Assembly (NCBI GenBank): GCA_009914755.4
Contig: CP086569.2
Location: 17,088,001-17,152,000 of the forward strand
Length of the DNA stretch: 64,000 bases
Reading direction: 5' to 3'
DNA from: the human T2T-CHM13v2.0 reference genome, Homo sapiens
A program made the translations under genes and the position numbers. Under the pieces are notes generated by a model. The model saw only the letters and a program-made list of their open reading frames with translations, was not told where the DNA came from and searched no databases. Below, piece after piece: positions 1-12,760 of the stretch (positions are counted from its first letter, which is position 1; each line of letters begins with the position of its first letter).

Positions 1-1454
1 GGGAGAAGAAAGAAATTCTGTTACAAATATGATTACCATTTTTAGTAAGAAAGAAGAAAAATAAAAAGAGAATATTTAATGGCATTTTAAAAAATGTTCA
101 GATACATAGTCATAAAGAGAAAAACAGTAGTTCTTAGGGATGGGGTGACAAGTAGGAAATGGTAAGATGTACATCAAAAGATATAAAGTAGCAAATATGT
201 GGATGAATAAATCTAAAGATCTAATATACAGCCTATGGACTATAAGTAATAACACTATTGTTTGTAGGATTTCTACTAAAGGAGTAGATTATAACTCATC
301 TTGCCAGAGGGGTGAAGTGAGTAACATGTTATGATAAATATGTAAATTAATTCCATCATAGTGAATGTTTTACTATATGTATGTAACTTATAACATCATG
401 TTGTATACCTTAAATATATACGATAGATTTATTTTGTAAACAGTACATAATATGCAATACACATGTGTGTATACATATACACACATATGTACAAATATAA
501 AATTTAAATATGCTTATAATTTACAATTGCCTATACCATAATTTACACTTGAATTTACAGAATTTTTCACATGCTCAGAAGAGAATAAAATGTAAAGGCA
601 GAAAGAAAATACGATGGAATTAAAGCAAAGTTACACAAACAACCTGTTTTCAGATTCCCTCGATCATGCTATTCTCATTGCCAGAGAATGTTTTGGGTTT
701 AATGCCATAATTTGCTATGGTTGACCATACTTTATGCATTGAGCATAGTGTGGAAATATGAAAATAAAGATTGTCTGCAGACAATCTTTTTTGTTTATGC
801 AACCTACACTTAGAAAATGCAATTTCATTTTGCTAAATTAGGTCTTTAGTAAAATCTCATACATGTATTCTAGGACTTCAGTTTTCAAAGGATGTTTATT
901 GTATATCCTGAGTTTGAAAATTAAGTACAGTCTTCAGATGGATTCACTCCACTTTCTGTTAAAAGTCTATGATAACTTCTTCTAAAATGTGAGGTTAAAT
1001 ATTTTTATTGTCGAACAACCATGTCAATAACCATGCGTTTAAAGATTCACGATACATGAGGAAAGGGCTTATGTAAAGAATATGCTAAAACAGAAGTCTC
1101 TGTAAGTAGTGATGATATTAAGAAATATTTCTGGACAAAGACTATACAACCAGTCATAATCAGTGATAACCTAGCTAAAGAATATAGTAACATTGTACTT
1201 TATCTATACAAACAGGTTTTATTAACCTAATGTATCTTCTTCATGTTTGTTTATAAGTTAGCAAATTATTAGACTGTCTTCACCTGTTCAACTACATTAA
1301 ACAGTTTTATTACTATCCTTGCTGTCATAGTAAATTACCTTGTGTTCACAAGATAACATAACATACATTGTCCTGCTTGTCTTTCTGATGTAGTTTTGCT
1401 TGGTGAAAATGCCTAACATTGAGGAATAAATGTGTGGTAGATTTTCTAGTTGGA

Positions 1455-1740
1455 TCTTTGAGGTGGAGTCTCATTCTCTGGACCAGGCTGTAGTGTAGTG
1501 GCCTGATCTCGGCTCACTGCAACCTCTGCTTCCTGGGTTCAAGCAATTATCCTTCCTCAGACTCCCAAGTAGCTGGGATTACAGGTGTGCACCACCACGT
1601 CCAGTGAATTTTTGTATTTTAGTAGGGATGGGCTTTCATCATGTTGTCCAGGCTGCTCTCAAACTTGTGACATCAAGTTGTCATTCCACCTCAGTCTCCC
1701 AAAGTGCTGAAATTACAGGTGTTACCAACCATGCCCAGCC
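1455..1740 (-). mobile_element. Alu SINE, near full-length dimer, minus orientation
   Basis: Reverse-complement Alu hallmarks: begins gaggtggagtctcattctctggaccaggctg...gtagtgg and ends ...cccaaagtgctgaaattacaggtgttaccaaccatgcccagcc. Internal A-rich linker is present (seen as ttttgtattttagtag). ORF-track peptide 1604-1795 is Alu-derived. Confidence 0.85.
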
Positions 1741-2537
1741 AACTATAAACATATTTAATGATACACAACACACATATAAATATAAATATTTCTAACGGAG
1801 TATTAGATTGCTTCTTTCTTTAAATTTTGCAGAGACAATTGATAAACGAATCGAAAGGTGACTCCTACCTTAAAGGGAAGTCAAATAATTTTCTTATAAG
1901 AGGTCTAAAATCTTCAGATTGTTTTATTACAATATGCAGCAGTAAAAGCACAAAAAGTTTCATTACTTATTGGCAGCTCGGCCTTACTGTATTTTCCCAG
2001 AAACTGTTATAACATTTTTATGTGTTGGGTTTATTAAACACTTCTATGGCATTTAACCTGTAATAAAATTTGTAATTTATTATAAGGCATATATGTTGTA
2101 TAATGCTTAAGTGTCAGGAACTACAGAGTAATACTTCATATACCTTATCTTCCAAAACCATACTTGATTATGCCTAATGCTCTTGGGTCAACAAGAAGTC
2201 TAGAAATAGAATAGTCCCTGATTCTGATCTTTGATAATGAAAGAAAATCCTGCATTTGACATATATAAAGGAAGAAATAGAAAATCCATCTATTGCCTCT
2301 GATCAAGGAGAGTCAAGATCTGTGTGAGAAGGAGAAAGGTGTTTGCTGAGCATCCAACATCAGTTGGGGTTGGGGGAGGCATTTTCTAACAGTGATGTAG
2401 GTGCAAAGTGATCATCTCAATGGCAAGCAGGAAGACTATTTTTTTTAGCTGGAAAGAAAGACCAGTGGACTGCCCATCATTGCTATTTTTTGCACAGTAA
2501 AAATAACTAACAGCTTTATTATTTGTACTTTAACCAG

Positions 2538-2815
2538 TTTTTATTGTTTTGTTTTGTTTTTGAGACAGGGTCTCATTCTATCTGCCAGCCTGGAGTACAG
2601 TGCTGCAATCAAAACTCACTGCATCCTCAACTGCCTTGGCACCAGTGGTCATCCCATTTCAGCCTCCCAAGTACAGGTGTGCAGCACCATGAGAAGGTAA
2701 TTTTTAAATTACTTGTAGAGATGGAGTTCTCACTATGTTTCCCATGCTGGTCTCAAACCCCTGGGCTCAACCAGTTCTTCCCACCTTGACTTCCAAAGTG
2801 CTGGAATTACAGGCC
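2538..2815 (-). mobile_element. Alu SINE, minus orientation, slightly 3'-truncated
   Basis: T-rich leader then tttgagacagggtctcattctatctgccagcctggagtacagtg...; ends ...ccaaagtgctggaattacaggcc. ORF 2523-2789 is Alu-derived. Confidence 0.85.
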
Positions 2816-3293
2816 TAAACTGTTGCTCCCAAACTTTTTTTTTTCCTTATATGCAGGATATTTATAGATAACTAGTTTTTACTGATTAACACTATCTCAT
2901 ACTAATTTCTAAAAATACAAATTATATATTATTTTCTATGATAAACAACAATATACACACCAGTACATACACACACATACATATATATAATGCACATCCT
3001 ATACAGGCAATAATGTGCATATGTTAAACACCCATATATACACATATTTGTGTGTGTGTTTATATATACTCAATACATGCACACTCATACCTGTATAGAG
3101 TGTGATTTATCTACATTCCTAGAGCACCTGCAGCTCAAACTTTAGAAAACATTTCCTCAATATTCCTCTTTCCTTTGTTGAGTATTCACCACCCAGAAGA
3201 GGGAGGGCTTATGGAAATAACTCATGGCTGTTGGTATAGCAGATTTGAAGTAAATTTTATACTACTGGGAAAAAATATACAAAATCATACATG

Positions 3294-3300
3294 CACACAT

Positions 3301-3337
<37 letters not shown>
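3294..3337. repeat. (CA)n microsatellite, about 21 units
   Basis: Uninterrupted cacacaca run seen directly. Confidence 0.95.
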
Positions 3338-3340
<3 letters not shown>

Positions 3341-3599
3341 CTGGTTGAATTTCACCTGGCACAACTTTGATACATTCTTTTCTTTATCTACTACATTTAT
3401 GGACCCATGTGATTACATTGGCACTACCTGGAGAATTCAGGAAAATTTTCCATTGTCAAGGTCAACAAATAAATACTAAATTCAAAACAGGAAAAGAAAA
3501 CACACCTATTGAAAAATTTCACTAAGCCACCAAATATTCTTAATGGTAAAACAATAATAGATAACATACTTTGACTGCTTACTGAATTCTATGTGTTAT

Positions 3600-3700
3600 G
3601 ATAAGCATCTCCAAACATTCTCATTTCTTTCTCATTTCCACCCTATGAACTAGGTATTTATTGTTATCCCATTTCACAGAAGAGGAAACTGGAAATGGGG
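3600..3700 (+). mobile_element. MIR SINE fragment (core region)
   Basis: tatcccatttcacagaagaggaaactggaaatgggga resembles the MIR core ccccattttacagatgaggaaactgaggc; diverged and short. Confidence 0.4.
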
Positions 3701-4166
3701 ACCTAAAAAAAAACAATATTCATTGGGAAAGATACACTGATTTTCTGGGTTAGGGCTAACTAGTAGGAAAATCAGAGTTTTGTTTTTTTAAAGACTCTTC
3801 CCATTTTGGATAAAAATAAGATTCAATTTTTCTTTTACATCAGTTTCAGAAGGTTTATTTGATGATTAAACATGGTAATAATAATTAACAACCTTAGAAT
3901 AATTCTTGGTTTTTCATAGTTACGGTCTATCTCTCTTATTAGTTTTAGTTACTGCTCACCTTCTCTTATTAATATCAAGATATGTTAATGCAAAGAGAAC
4001 TAGCCTAATAGAAAGTCTGTACTCTGAAAAAATCCTAGGTCTAAAGCATATGCATTTTAAAATAGCAACAAAATGAATCTTCTTGCCCATTGCAACAGAT
4101 TGCTTCTAGTATTGTATTTGAAGAGAATGAATTAGTTATTTCAGTCTAAATATATACAATGTATAC

Positions 4167-4170
<4 letters not shown>

Positions 4171-4204
<34 letters not shown>
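4171..4204. repeat. (TA)n microsatellite
   Basis: atatatat... run of about 34 bp. Confidence 0.95.
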
Positions 4205-4207
<3 letters not shown>

Positions 4208-4542
4208 TAGGCGATTATGTATGTTATTATTTTCTGTCAACTTCATGGAAACTAATCCAGTCTAAGATTTTTTCATGGGCTAATTTGTTAAAAATTGCAT
4301 TTATCTCATAAGATACCAAAAGAGAGTAAGTCAATTAGAAATCTACATGATTTTAAAGTCATATTATTGTGAGAGGCTTTAAAACCTTAAAATATTTTTA
4401 AAAGCAAACAATAGAGAACATATAATTGTATAACATGCTAAGAGACTACTCTTCCTGTTTACCCTAACAATAATTTTCTGCCTATCTTCTATACTATTCC
4501 TATTGTTAAGAAACCCAGTAAGTTTTTTACAGTGACTTTCTT

Positions 4543-4544
<2 letters not shown>

Positions 4545-4575
<31 letters not shown>

Positions 4576-4861
4576 ATTCAGAGTCTCACTGTTTCACCCA
4601 GGCTTTAGTGCAGTGGTATTAATACAATCATAGATTACTGTAGCTTCAACCTCTTGGGCTCAAGTAATCCTTCTACTCAGCCTCTTGAGTAGCTGGGCCT
4701 ATAGGCATGTGCCACCATATCTGACTAACTTTTAAATTTTTTGTAGAGACAAGATCTTGCTGTGTTGCTGAGACTCATCTTAAATTCCCTACCTCAAGGG
4801 ATTCTCTCATCTCAGCCACCCAAAGCTCTGGCATCTCTGGTGTGAGTCACTGCACTCGGCC
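4545..4861 (-). mobile_element. Alu SINE, minus orientation, with about 30-nt poly-T, which is the reverse-complemented A tail
   Basis: Poly-T at 4545-4574, then gattcagagtctcactgtttcacccaggctttagtgcagtgg; ends ...ctcagccacccaaagctctggcatctctggtgtgagtcactgcactcggcc. Confidence 0.85.
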
Positions 4862-6082
4862 TCCCTTCCACATTTAAAGCTAGCAGAGCCTGGTCAAATC
4901 TTTCTCATGAAAGACCCTATCTATGGTTTTAACTCCTCTGCCTCCCTGTTCCTGTTATGTAACATCAACAGAGACATATTGCATTGATGGTTTTGTGCTT
5001 TACAATTTTCATTTAGTGACGTTTGTCTTACTATTAAGGATTTATTAATATTAAGCAAGGCTTGTTCTGATTTTCTTTACATGTATTTTCATAGAGGTGT
5101 TGACCTCTCTTAAATTAAAAACTCTTCTGATTAGATTTGAGTGTATCTATTGACTGTATAAGTTTACATTTCATTTATTGATATGGTGTCAGAATTCATA
5201 AAATGTTAATCCAGCATTTGATTGTGATAATTTTTTATGATATCTCTTGTTATCACATGTCTTTCAATGGGCAGCATGTACATTATTTTAGTACTTTACC
5301 TCCCTTATTTGATGCACCCTTTTGGTGTATGAATGATGTGGTAGTGTTTCATGCAACTATTTCTCTTTTCATAACAAAACAGTCGAGAGTAAGGCTTTGG
5401 CTCCTGAGGCGCAGTATTTCTCAAGATAAGGGAAAAGACCGTTGCAATAAACCAGCTGAGTGATTGAAAAATATGATTTCCCTTTCAGATAACCACTTAA
5501 CTAGACTCTCTTAAGGACAGCATTTTGGAATATGTATTTCATAAGAACTCATGTAATTTTAATACACTGTAATGTCTAAATAACACCCTTCCAGGCATTA
5601 CCTATTCTGAAACACTATTTGCCCATTTTCACCATTAGAATATCTTGTACACCTACTGGGGAAACAAACAAACAAACAAAAACTATGAAACTAGCAAGTG
5701 TTAAATCTTCCATCTTTCTCAATTGACATCAAAATATTTAAAGGTGCATTATGGGTACTTTCAGTTTTGTAACTGAAGTTTAAAAATTGTGGACAGATGG
5801 CTATTTATTTCAGTGGATTCAAAGTTCACTGAGAATCGTTTATAGACTTGTTTTCATACATGATGAGATATTTACTTCACTTTCTTTCTTTGGCTGGCTG
5901 GAGTTTTATTTTTCCAAAAATTGTCTCAATTATTTGTTTGCCATTTGGGTTTTGATTAGATGATTTATAAAGAGGTGGTGACCTCTATGATTCCAGTCTT
6001 CTTACTTTTCATAATGACTGCTTTCTTCTGATTTAAGTAGGAAGTAATCGAGGTATCCAAATTTGAGAATCTAAATGTATTT

Positions 6083-6430
6083 ACTATGTAAAAATTGTGT
6101 TAATCTATTCTCTCAGTTAGTGTAGCTGTGGAGATGTCTGATGGAAATGTTATCATTTTCTGCCAGTAAATTGCTTGCACTCTGTACCTTATTCACATAT
6201 ATATACACATATATATATATATGCATAATATATCATATAGATTATATGAGTGTATGTGTCAATAATATATGGTTACTCTTTACTGTGGATTGAAATTGAG
6301 CTCTATTTTTCCTTGGGAAATAATGTATAATTTTGTATCTGTACTTTGGAAAATTATTTGATTTTCTTTCATGATGTAATTGCCCAATAGATTCTTCTTG
6401 CCTGCTACATAGATAGAGCCAATTCACTGA
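6083..6430 (+). repeat. Direct repeat, copy 1 of a 340-350 bp segment about 97% identical to 7484-7823
   Basis: actatgtaaaaattgtgttaatctattctctcag...gccaattcactga occurs again 1401 bp downstream. Differences are a 5-bp indel (cagttagtgtagc vs cagtgtagc), tgatgga vs tgaagga, and (TA)n length. ORFs 6242-6427(-) and 7635-7850(-) encode the identical peptide MNWLYLCSRQEES..., which confirms the duplication. Confidence 0.9.
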
Positions 6431-7483
6431 TACAGCAGAAGTGGAAGGGTTTAATCAATGCAGAGCTAGGCACAGGGAAGACATTAGTTTATTATTCAAA
6501 TCAGCCTTGCTGGACATTCAGAGACTAGGTTTTTAAAATAATAATTAGGTGGGCAGGTGGCTAGGAAATGGGGAATACTGACTGCTCAGGTTGGGGTTGA
6601 AATGATAGGGAATTTTGGCTTTCTTCTTGCTGTCTCCAGTTTCTGTGTGGAAGTCACAAGACTAGTTTGAGCCGGTTTCTTGGTATGGGTGATGGATCTG
6701 ACTGGCACCAGCTTTTTCACCAGAATGCAGGGTCTGAAAAATACGTCCACTCACCAATCTTAGGTTTTACAATAGTAGTTTCATCTATAGGAGGAACTAG
6801 GGAGATTGGGAATCTTGTGGCCTCTGGCTACTTGGCTCCTGAGACATAATTTCCAATCTTGTAGTTAACTTGTTAGTTTTCCAAAGACAGTGTTAATATA
6901 TTTATTTTTTAATTAAACTATAAACTAAATTCAATAGATTCGTAGACATATACTTATCTTAAAACACATCACAGTGTGTATAATACATATGTACAGCTTT
7001 TTGTATGACAACCATACTTCAATAAACTGGTTTTAGAAAAAGAACCATTTTTAGGGTAAAATACTTTAATTTCTTTCAATATTTATGTAATAAATATTAA
7101 CATTTATTTTAATATTTTGATATTTATATTTAAATATACTTAATAATTTACTATTATTATGTAACAATAACATAACTATTGAAATAATCAAAATATTTTA
7201 CCCCAAAATGTTGTCAACCAAGAGCAATAAAAAAATGTCAGAATCTAGTCTCAAGATAGTTTATTCAAGTCTGAGGATGGATGACATTCCAATCAAAGAT
7301 TCTGAAGAAGAGAAATCAGGGTTCCAAAGGGTAACTGTTTTGAATTCCTTATGTGGACAAAGTTTAGAAAAGTGTGACAGAATTTCATCATCTTTCTCTG
7401 TATCGCTTGATGCATGGTTAAAACAATCTGGTTACTTAAAGTGGTGTTCTTCTTTTGGGAAAGGTGTATGCAACATTCCCAAC

Positions 7484-7823
7484 ACTATGTAAAAATTGTG
7501 TTAATCTATTCTCTCAGTGTAGCTGTGGAGATGTCTGAAGGAAATGTTATCATTTTCTGCCAGTAAATTGCTTGCACTCTGTACCTTATTCACATATATG
7601 TACACATATATATATGCATAATATATCATATAGATTATATGAGTGTATGTGTCAATAATATATGGTTACTCTTTACTGTGGATTGAAATTGAGCTCTATT
7701 TTTCCTTGGGAAATAATGTATAATTTTGTATCTGTACTTTGGAAAATTATTTGATTTTCTTTCATGATGTAATTGCCCAATAGATTCTTCTTGCCTGCTA
7801 CATAGATAGAGCCAATTCACTGA
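7484..7823 (+). repeat. Direct repeat, copy 2, paralogous to 6083-6430
   Basis: See copy 1; flanking sequences on both sides are not similar between the copies. Confidence 0.9.
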
Positions 7824-8209
7824 AGATGTAACGGACATCTTGGGCACCATCTAGTCTGAGCTAGGTACAGGATGATAAAGAAGGCAGTTAGTCTGTAAGA
7901 TCGATCAATGATTGTTAGGGGGAAGTCTAGTTTCTGGTCTCTGGTAGGAATTTACAGAACAACATAAATACGGAAGATAGTTAATCTACAATCTAAAAAG
8001 CAAAATTGCAGACATACTCTGTGTCTAAGTATCCAGGATTTAACTTTTCCCTTGGCATCATGAACATAGAGGGTTCTGAAATTTTGTTTTCTTTTACAAT
8101 GTATTTCGTTTGCATATTTCTGCATGGGTAGTCAGAAGTGCAGTAAATACAAGAATTGTTCAAAAGCTGTCTTTTGTGGGGGAGATTTGCATCTGTAGAA
8201 AAAATCTGA

Positions 8210-8540
8210 GGCCAAATGCAGTGACTCATACCTGTATTCCCTGTACTTTGGGAGGCCCAAGCAGGCAGATCACTTGAAGTCTGGAGTTTGAGACCAGCCT
8301 TCCCAACATGGTGATAGCTTGTCTCTACTAAAAATACAAAAATTAGCTGGGCATGGTGGCAGTGCCAGTAATTCCAGCTAATCAGGAGGCTGAAGCAAGA
8401 TAATTGCTTTAACCCAAGAGGCAGAGATTGCAGTGAGCCAAGACTGCACCACCGCACTCCAGCTTGGGGGACAGAGTGAGACTCTGTCTCAAAAACAACA
8501 CCACCAACAACAGCAACAACAACAAAAACCAAAAGAAAAA
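8210..8540 (+). mobile_element. Alu SINE, plus orientation, with a CAA/A-rich tail
   Basis: ggccaaatgcagtgactcatacctgtattccctgtactttgggaggcc...cactccagcttgggggacagagtgagactctgtctcaaaaacaacaccaccaacaacagcaacaacaacaaaaacc. The 217-aa ORF 7993-8646(-) is a translation of this Alu. Confidence 0.9.
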
Positions 8541-8649
8541 TCTGCATTGATACAATCAGGTTTTCTCTGAGGTCCTCTTTGTCTAATCTAGGAAAGATGA
8601 ACTGAGAATCAAACACCATTACAGATCTGAAAGAAACATTCACCATCTA

Positions 8650-9947
8650 TTCTCTCTGAGTGCTGCTACCTGTGAGGTTTCATCTACATGCCACCACCAC
8701 CTTTGCTAGCTAGATGCTCTTCTCCCTGTTCCACAACCTGTCTGGTGTCCGTAACCTGAGTTACCAGGTTTTATAATCTGTTTTTGCACATGCTGTAAGA
8801 CCCAAGCCCAGGATGGTATAAAAGCATCAATAATCTGGCCACTTCTTTAAGAAATTTTGTACTTTTCCATCCAAATTAATAAATTCGTATAGAAACCTCC
8901 TTTGCAAAATTATGACAGTAAGAGAAACCTGACATAGCTCACTCCATCTTGCTTCTAGCCTCACAGGTTGGCTATCTTCACTCTTTCCTGGGCATGTGCC
9001 AAAGCTAATGTTGAGAGAAATTTAGTTTATAGTTTATTTTATTATCTTTATTATTTTTTTAAGAAAGGGACTCCCTCTGTCACCCAGGCTGGAGTGCAGT
9101 GGCATGATCTCGGCTCACTGCAACCTTCAACTAGCTTGGGAGTTGAAGCTATTCTCCCACATCAACCTTTTAAGTAGCTTAGACTACAGGCATGAGCCAC
9201 CATTGCTGGCTAATTGTTTTATTTTTTATTTATTGTTTATTTTTTTTTAAGTAGAGGTGGGGTTTTTCCAGGCTGCCCAGGCTAATTTTGAACTCCTGAA
9301 CTCAAGCAAGCTTCGTGCCTCAGCCTCCCATGGTGCTGGGATTACAGGTGTCAGCCAACCACTCCTGGCCTGCAAGTTAAATTATAAAAGCATTTTCCAA
9401 AACAAAATTGCCTTTATAAAACTAAGGAAAGCCTACCAGGTCAGGAGGATAAAGGTCTGAATTCTACTATGATATAAGCATAGTTAAATAATTACCAGCC
9501 ATTATTTAGGTGGTCACAAGATTTTGAACTTCCCCAATTACTCCTTCAGATAACATCACTCTTGTAGAACCCAGGATTGACATTTTGAGATAGCTTTTCA
9601 GATTTTTTGCATTTCTGACTACCAATAGCTGTACCAGTACTCACCAACTGGTCTTTTGCCTTCTACTCAGGAACTGATGCAGGGCAAGAGGACAGCTTCA
9701 ACTCCCTATGATTTCATCTCTGACACAACCAGTCGGCACTTCCCACTCCTGGGCCCCCTGCCCACCAAACTATCTTTGAAAAACCCTGATCTCCAAATTT
9801 TTGAGAAGACTGATTTGAATAATAATAAAACTCTGGTCTCTTGTTTATCTGTGTATGCATGAATTAAACTCTTCCTCTATTGCACTTACCTTGTCTTGAT
9901 CATTTAGTTCTCTCTGGGCAATAGGAAAAAAGATCCCACAGGGCAGT
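8650..9947. mobile_element. LTR-like repeat copy A (ERV/MaLR-type, family undetermined), interrupted by a nested Alu
   Basis: Homologous to 10990-11786: ...ctccatcttgcttctagcctcacaggttggctatcttcac... and ...ccatgatttcatctc...cccaccaaactat...ctgatctccaaat...aataataataaaact...cccacagggcag. Both copies end at gggcag. Start boundary is uncertain. Confidence 0.35.
9050..9370 (-). mobile_element. Alu SINE, minus orientation, nested inside LTR-like copy A
   Basis: Poly-T then aagaaagggactccctctgtcacccaggctggagtgcagtggcatgatctcggctcactgcaacc...; ends ...cctcccatggtgctgggattacaggtgtcagccaaccactcctggcc. Confidence 0.85.
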
Positions 9948-10129
9948 TAGGTTGTGGAAGGTTATTAATCTACCTTTCATCAGGTGATTTGTAGCGAACC
10001 TTCAGAGAGCAAAGGGCAAGTTTTTCCTTGGCTTCTGTAATATGAACAGGCATGGTTATAAACATAGACATAGACATTGACATGGAAAATGATGTAAGCT
10101 GTTTACAGTTAAGGAGGTGCCATAGACTA

Positions 10130-10620
10130 AATGTCTGTGTCCCATCACAGTCACACACCGTATGCTGAAACCCTAGCCCCCAGTGGGTTGGTATTTGGAA
10201 ATGGGGCATTAGAAGGTAATTAGTTTTAGATGACATCCTGAAAGTGGGTCTCCCATGATGGGATCAATGTTTTTATGAGAAGATGACCAGCCCAGTGCTC
10301 TTTTTTTTTTCTCTCTGCCTTTGAAGCCACCTTTGCAAAATTATGACTGAGAGTGAAAGACATCTTGTTATAGGTAGGTCTTTGTTCTTAGAGCTCCCAA
10401 GATGGTGGTGGGCTGCTCCCAAGATGGTGGCAGCTGCTCCCAAGATTGCAGCCAGCCTTTTATTCTCTGACCTGCGTTTCTTGGCCTCTCAGGTTCCAAG
10501 GAATGGAACTTTGGGCCACACGGTGAGTGTGATACCTCTACTACAAGCCATGGGTCATGGAAGAGAACTGTGGAAACTGGTGACTAGTGTTCAGCTCTAT
10601 TAGGATGACCCTGGGCACCT
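10130..10620 (+). mobile_element. MaLR (MST/MLT-like) LTR fragment
   Basis: tgtctgtgtcccatcac...atgctgaaaccctagcccccagtgggttggtatttggaaatggggcattagaaggtaattag...cccatgatgggatcaatg matches my recollection of the MST/MLT consensus 5' half (tgtgtcccc...cccaatgtgatggtatttggagatggggcctttgggaggtaattagg...). The 3' boundary is unclear. Contains a short tandem ctcccaagatggtgg x3. Confidence 0.45.
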
Positions 10621-10989
10621 AGCCATGCAGGAACAATAGCAAGCCTCTAGCTTGAACGGGAACAGCAATAGGTGCCTCATTGGATCAGAAATGCAGCAGA
10701 CACCCTGCCAGATCTGGAGGGGTGGAAGTCAGTGGCAGGTCTATGATGGTGGTGTACAGCAGTGGTGGATGATGAGTGAAAACTCAGCTTGAGCTGGAAC
10801 AAACACAGAACAGAAGAGTGTGCAACCGTAAGATTTAATAGAGTGAAAACACAGCTCCCATAAAATGGGAGGGGACCCAAAGGGGGTTCCCAATCCCAGC
10901 TCAAATGCCTGGGGTTTATATCCCAATCATTGTCCCTCCCCCTGTGCTCTCAGATGATAGATGATTTGACCATTTCTTTAACTCCTGCT

Positions 10990-11786
10990 TTTAGCCTGAT
11001 TGATATTTAGTGAGCTCTCTTTACTACCTGATTGGTCAGGTGTGAGCTGAGTTACAAACCCTGGGTTTAAAGGTGGTTGTGGTCACCTTCCCCAGCTAGG
11101 CTTAGGAATTCTTAGTCGGCATAGGAAATCCAGCTAGTCCTGTCTCTGAATCTGACTTAACTCCATCTTGCTTTCAACCTCCAAGCTGTTGTTGCTTATT
11201 CCAGGGCGTAGGCTGAACTACTTTTGGGAGGGACTTACGGTTTAAAACAAAGATGATAACAGCCCTTTCTCAAAACAAGGCTTATTTCTCCCTTGGGACT
11301 AGACTGCCTTTGTTGGACTAACAAATCAGCCACAAGATTACAAATTATGGTTTAGTAGTCGACTAATCAGCTGAAAACTACAAGATTCTGACCTTCTCTA
11401 AAATGCTCCTAAGACCAATGCTCGAGATATTTTGCAGAGCCTACACTTGATTGATCAGCTGGAACCACCCAGACTGATAAACTGGCTCACCTGACGTTGT
11501 GGCCCCCACCCAGGAAATGACTCAGCACAAGACGATGGCCACGACTTCCCATGATTTCATCTCCAATCCCACCAATCAGCACTCTTGACTCACTGCTGCA
11601 CTACCCACCAAATTATCCTTAAATACTCTGATCCCCAAATGCTCAGGGAGACTAATTTCAGTAATAATAAAACTTCAGTTTCCCATACAGCCAGCTCTGC
11701 ATAAAATACTCTTTCTCTATTGTAAGTCCCCTGTCTTGAGAAATTGGCTCTCTTTAGGCAGCGGGCAAGGTGAACCCACTGGGCAG
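10990..11786. mobile_element. LTR-like repeat copy B, homologous to 8650-9947
   Basis: Shared blocks with copy A are listed there; roughly 75-80% similar by eye. Confidence 0.35.
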
Positions 11787-12443
11787 CTATACTATGTGAA
11801 CTTAGAGTGAGAAACTGACCATCAACAAACCAGGAAGAGAGCTCTCTCCAGAAACCAGGTTGACATCTTGATGAACTTGGACTTCCAAAATTCTGATAAA
11901 TAATTTTTGTAAGCCCTCCAGTTCATGGTATCTGTTACAGCAGACTGAGCAGTCCTTCAAGAATCCCTCACATAGCCATAGATCTACCTACACACATACA
12001 AAAATCTTTAACAACCTAGGACATGTCTTTCAGGTACCTATGAATGTGTCACAGATACAAAGATAGTGTCAACTTTAAATAACCAAAAAGGTTAGAGTAT
12101 AATTCAAACAAAGTTTATTCAAGACCCAAGTGTGAAGATGGATGGTTCACACCCATCATACCAACTCCAAAATTATGGAGTAGGAAAGTTAAGGTTTCAT
12201 GTATAGAGCCAGAGACAGATGAGTTTTTAGCAAGATTACCACATCATTCCTACAAGATTGGCACAGAGTTGCAGCCATTAGATTGGTTACAGGCAGTTTT
12301 TATGGGGGGAAGAGTACATTTAACAATTTTTTTAAACAGAGGCTGTAACAGTCATGGATTTTCTTTATCTACTCTCAGTGAAGCTGGACAACCCAGGGGG
12401 GCTTAATCTATCACAAGTATCATTAATTAAGAAGGGCAGACAG

Positions 12444-12760
<317 letters not shown>

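Noticed and set aside
7208-7492. 94-aa plus-strand ORF (MLSTKSNKKMSESSLKIVYSS...) between the two 340-bp direct repeats, considered as a possible small exon or gene
   Set aside because: No recognisable domain, no splice-site-flanked structure, AT-rich codon usage typical of noncoding DNA, and the ORF ends exactly where repeat copy 2 begins. It is most likely chance. It could be checked by BLASTP and RNA-seq, but I cannot support it.
7993-8646. 217-aa ORF on the minus strand, the longest non-TE-looking ORF in the first 10 kb
   Set aside because: It runs straight through the Alu at 8210-8540. The peptide contains typical Alu-translation strings ([21 protein letters not shown]). It has no start context and no homology that I recognise, so it is spurious.
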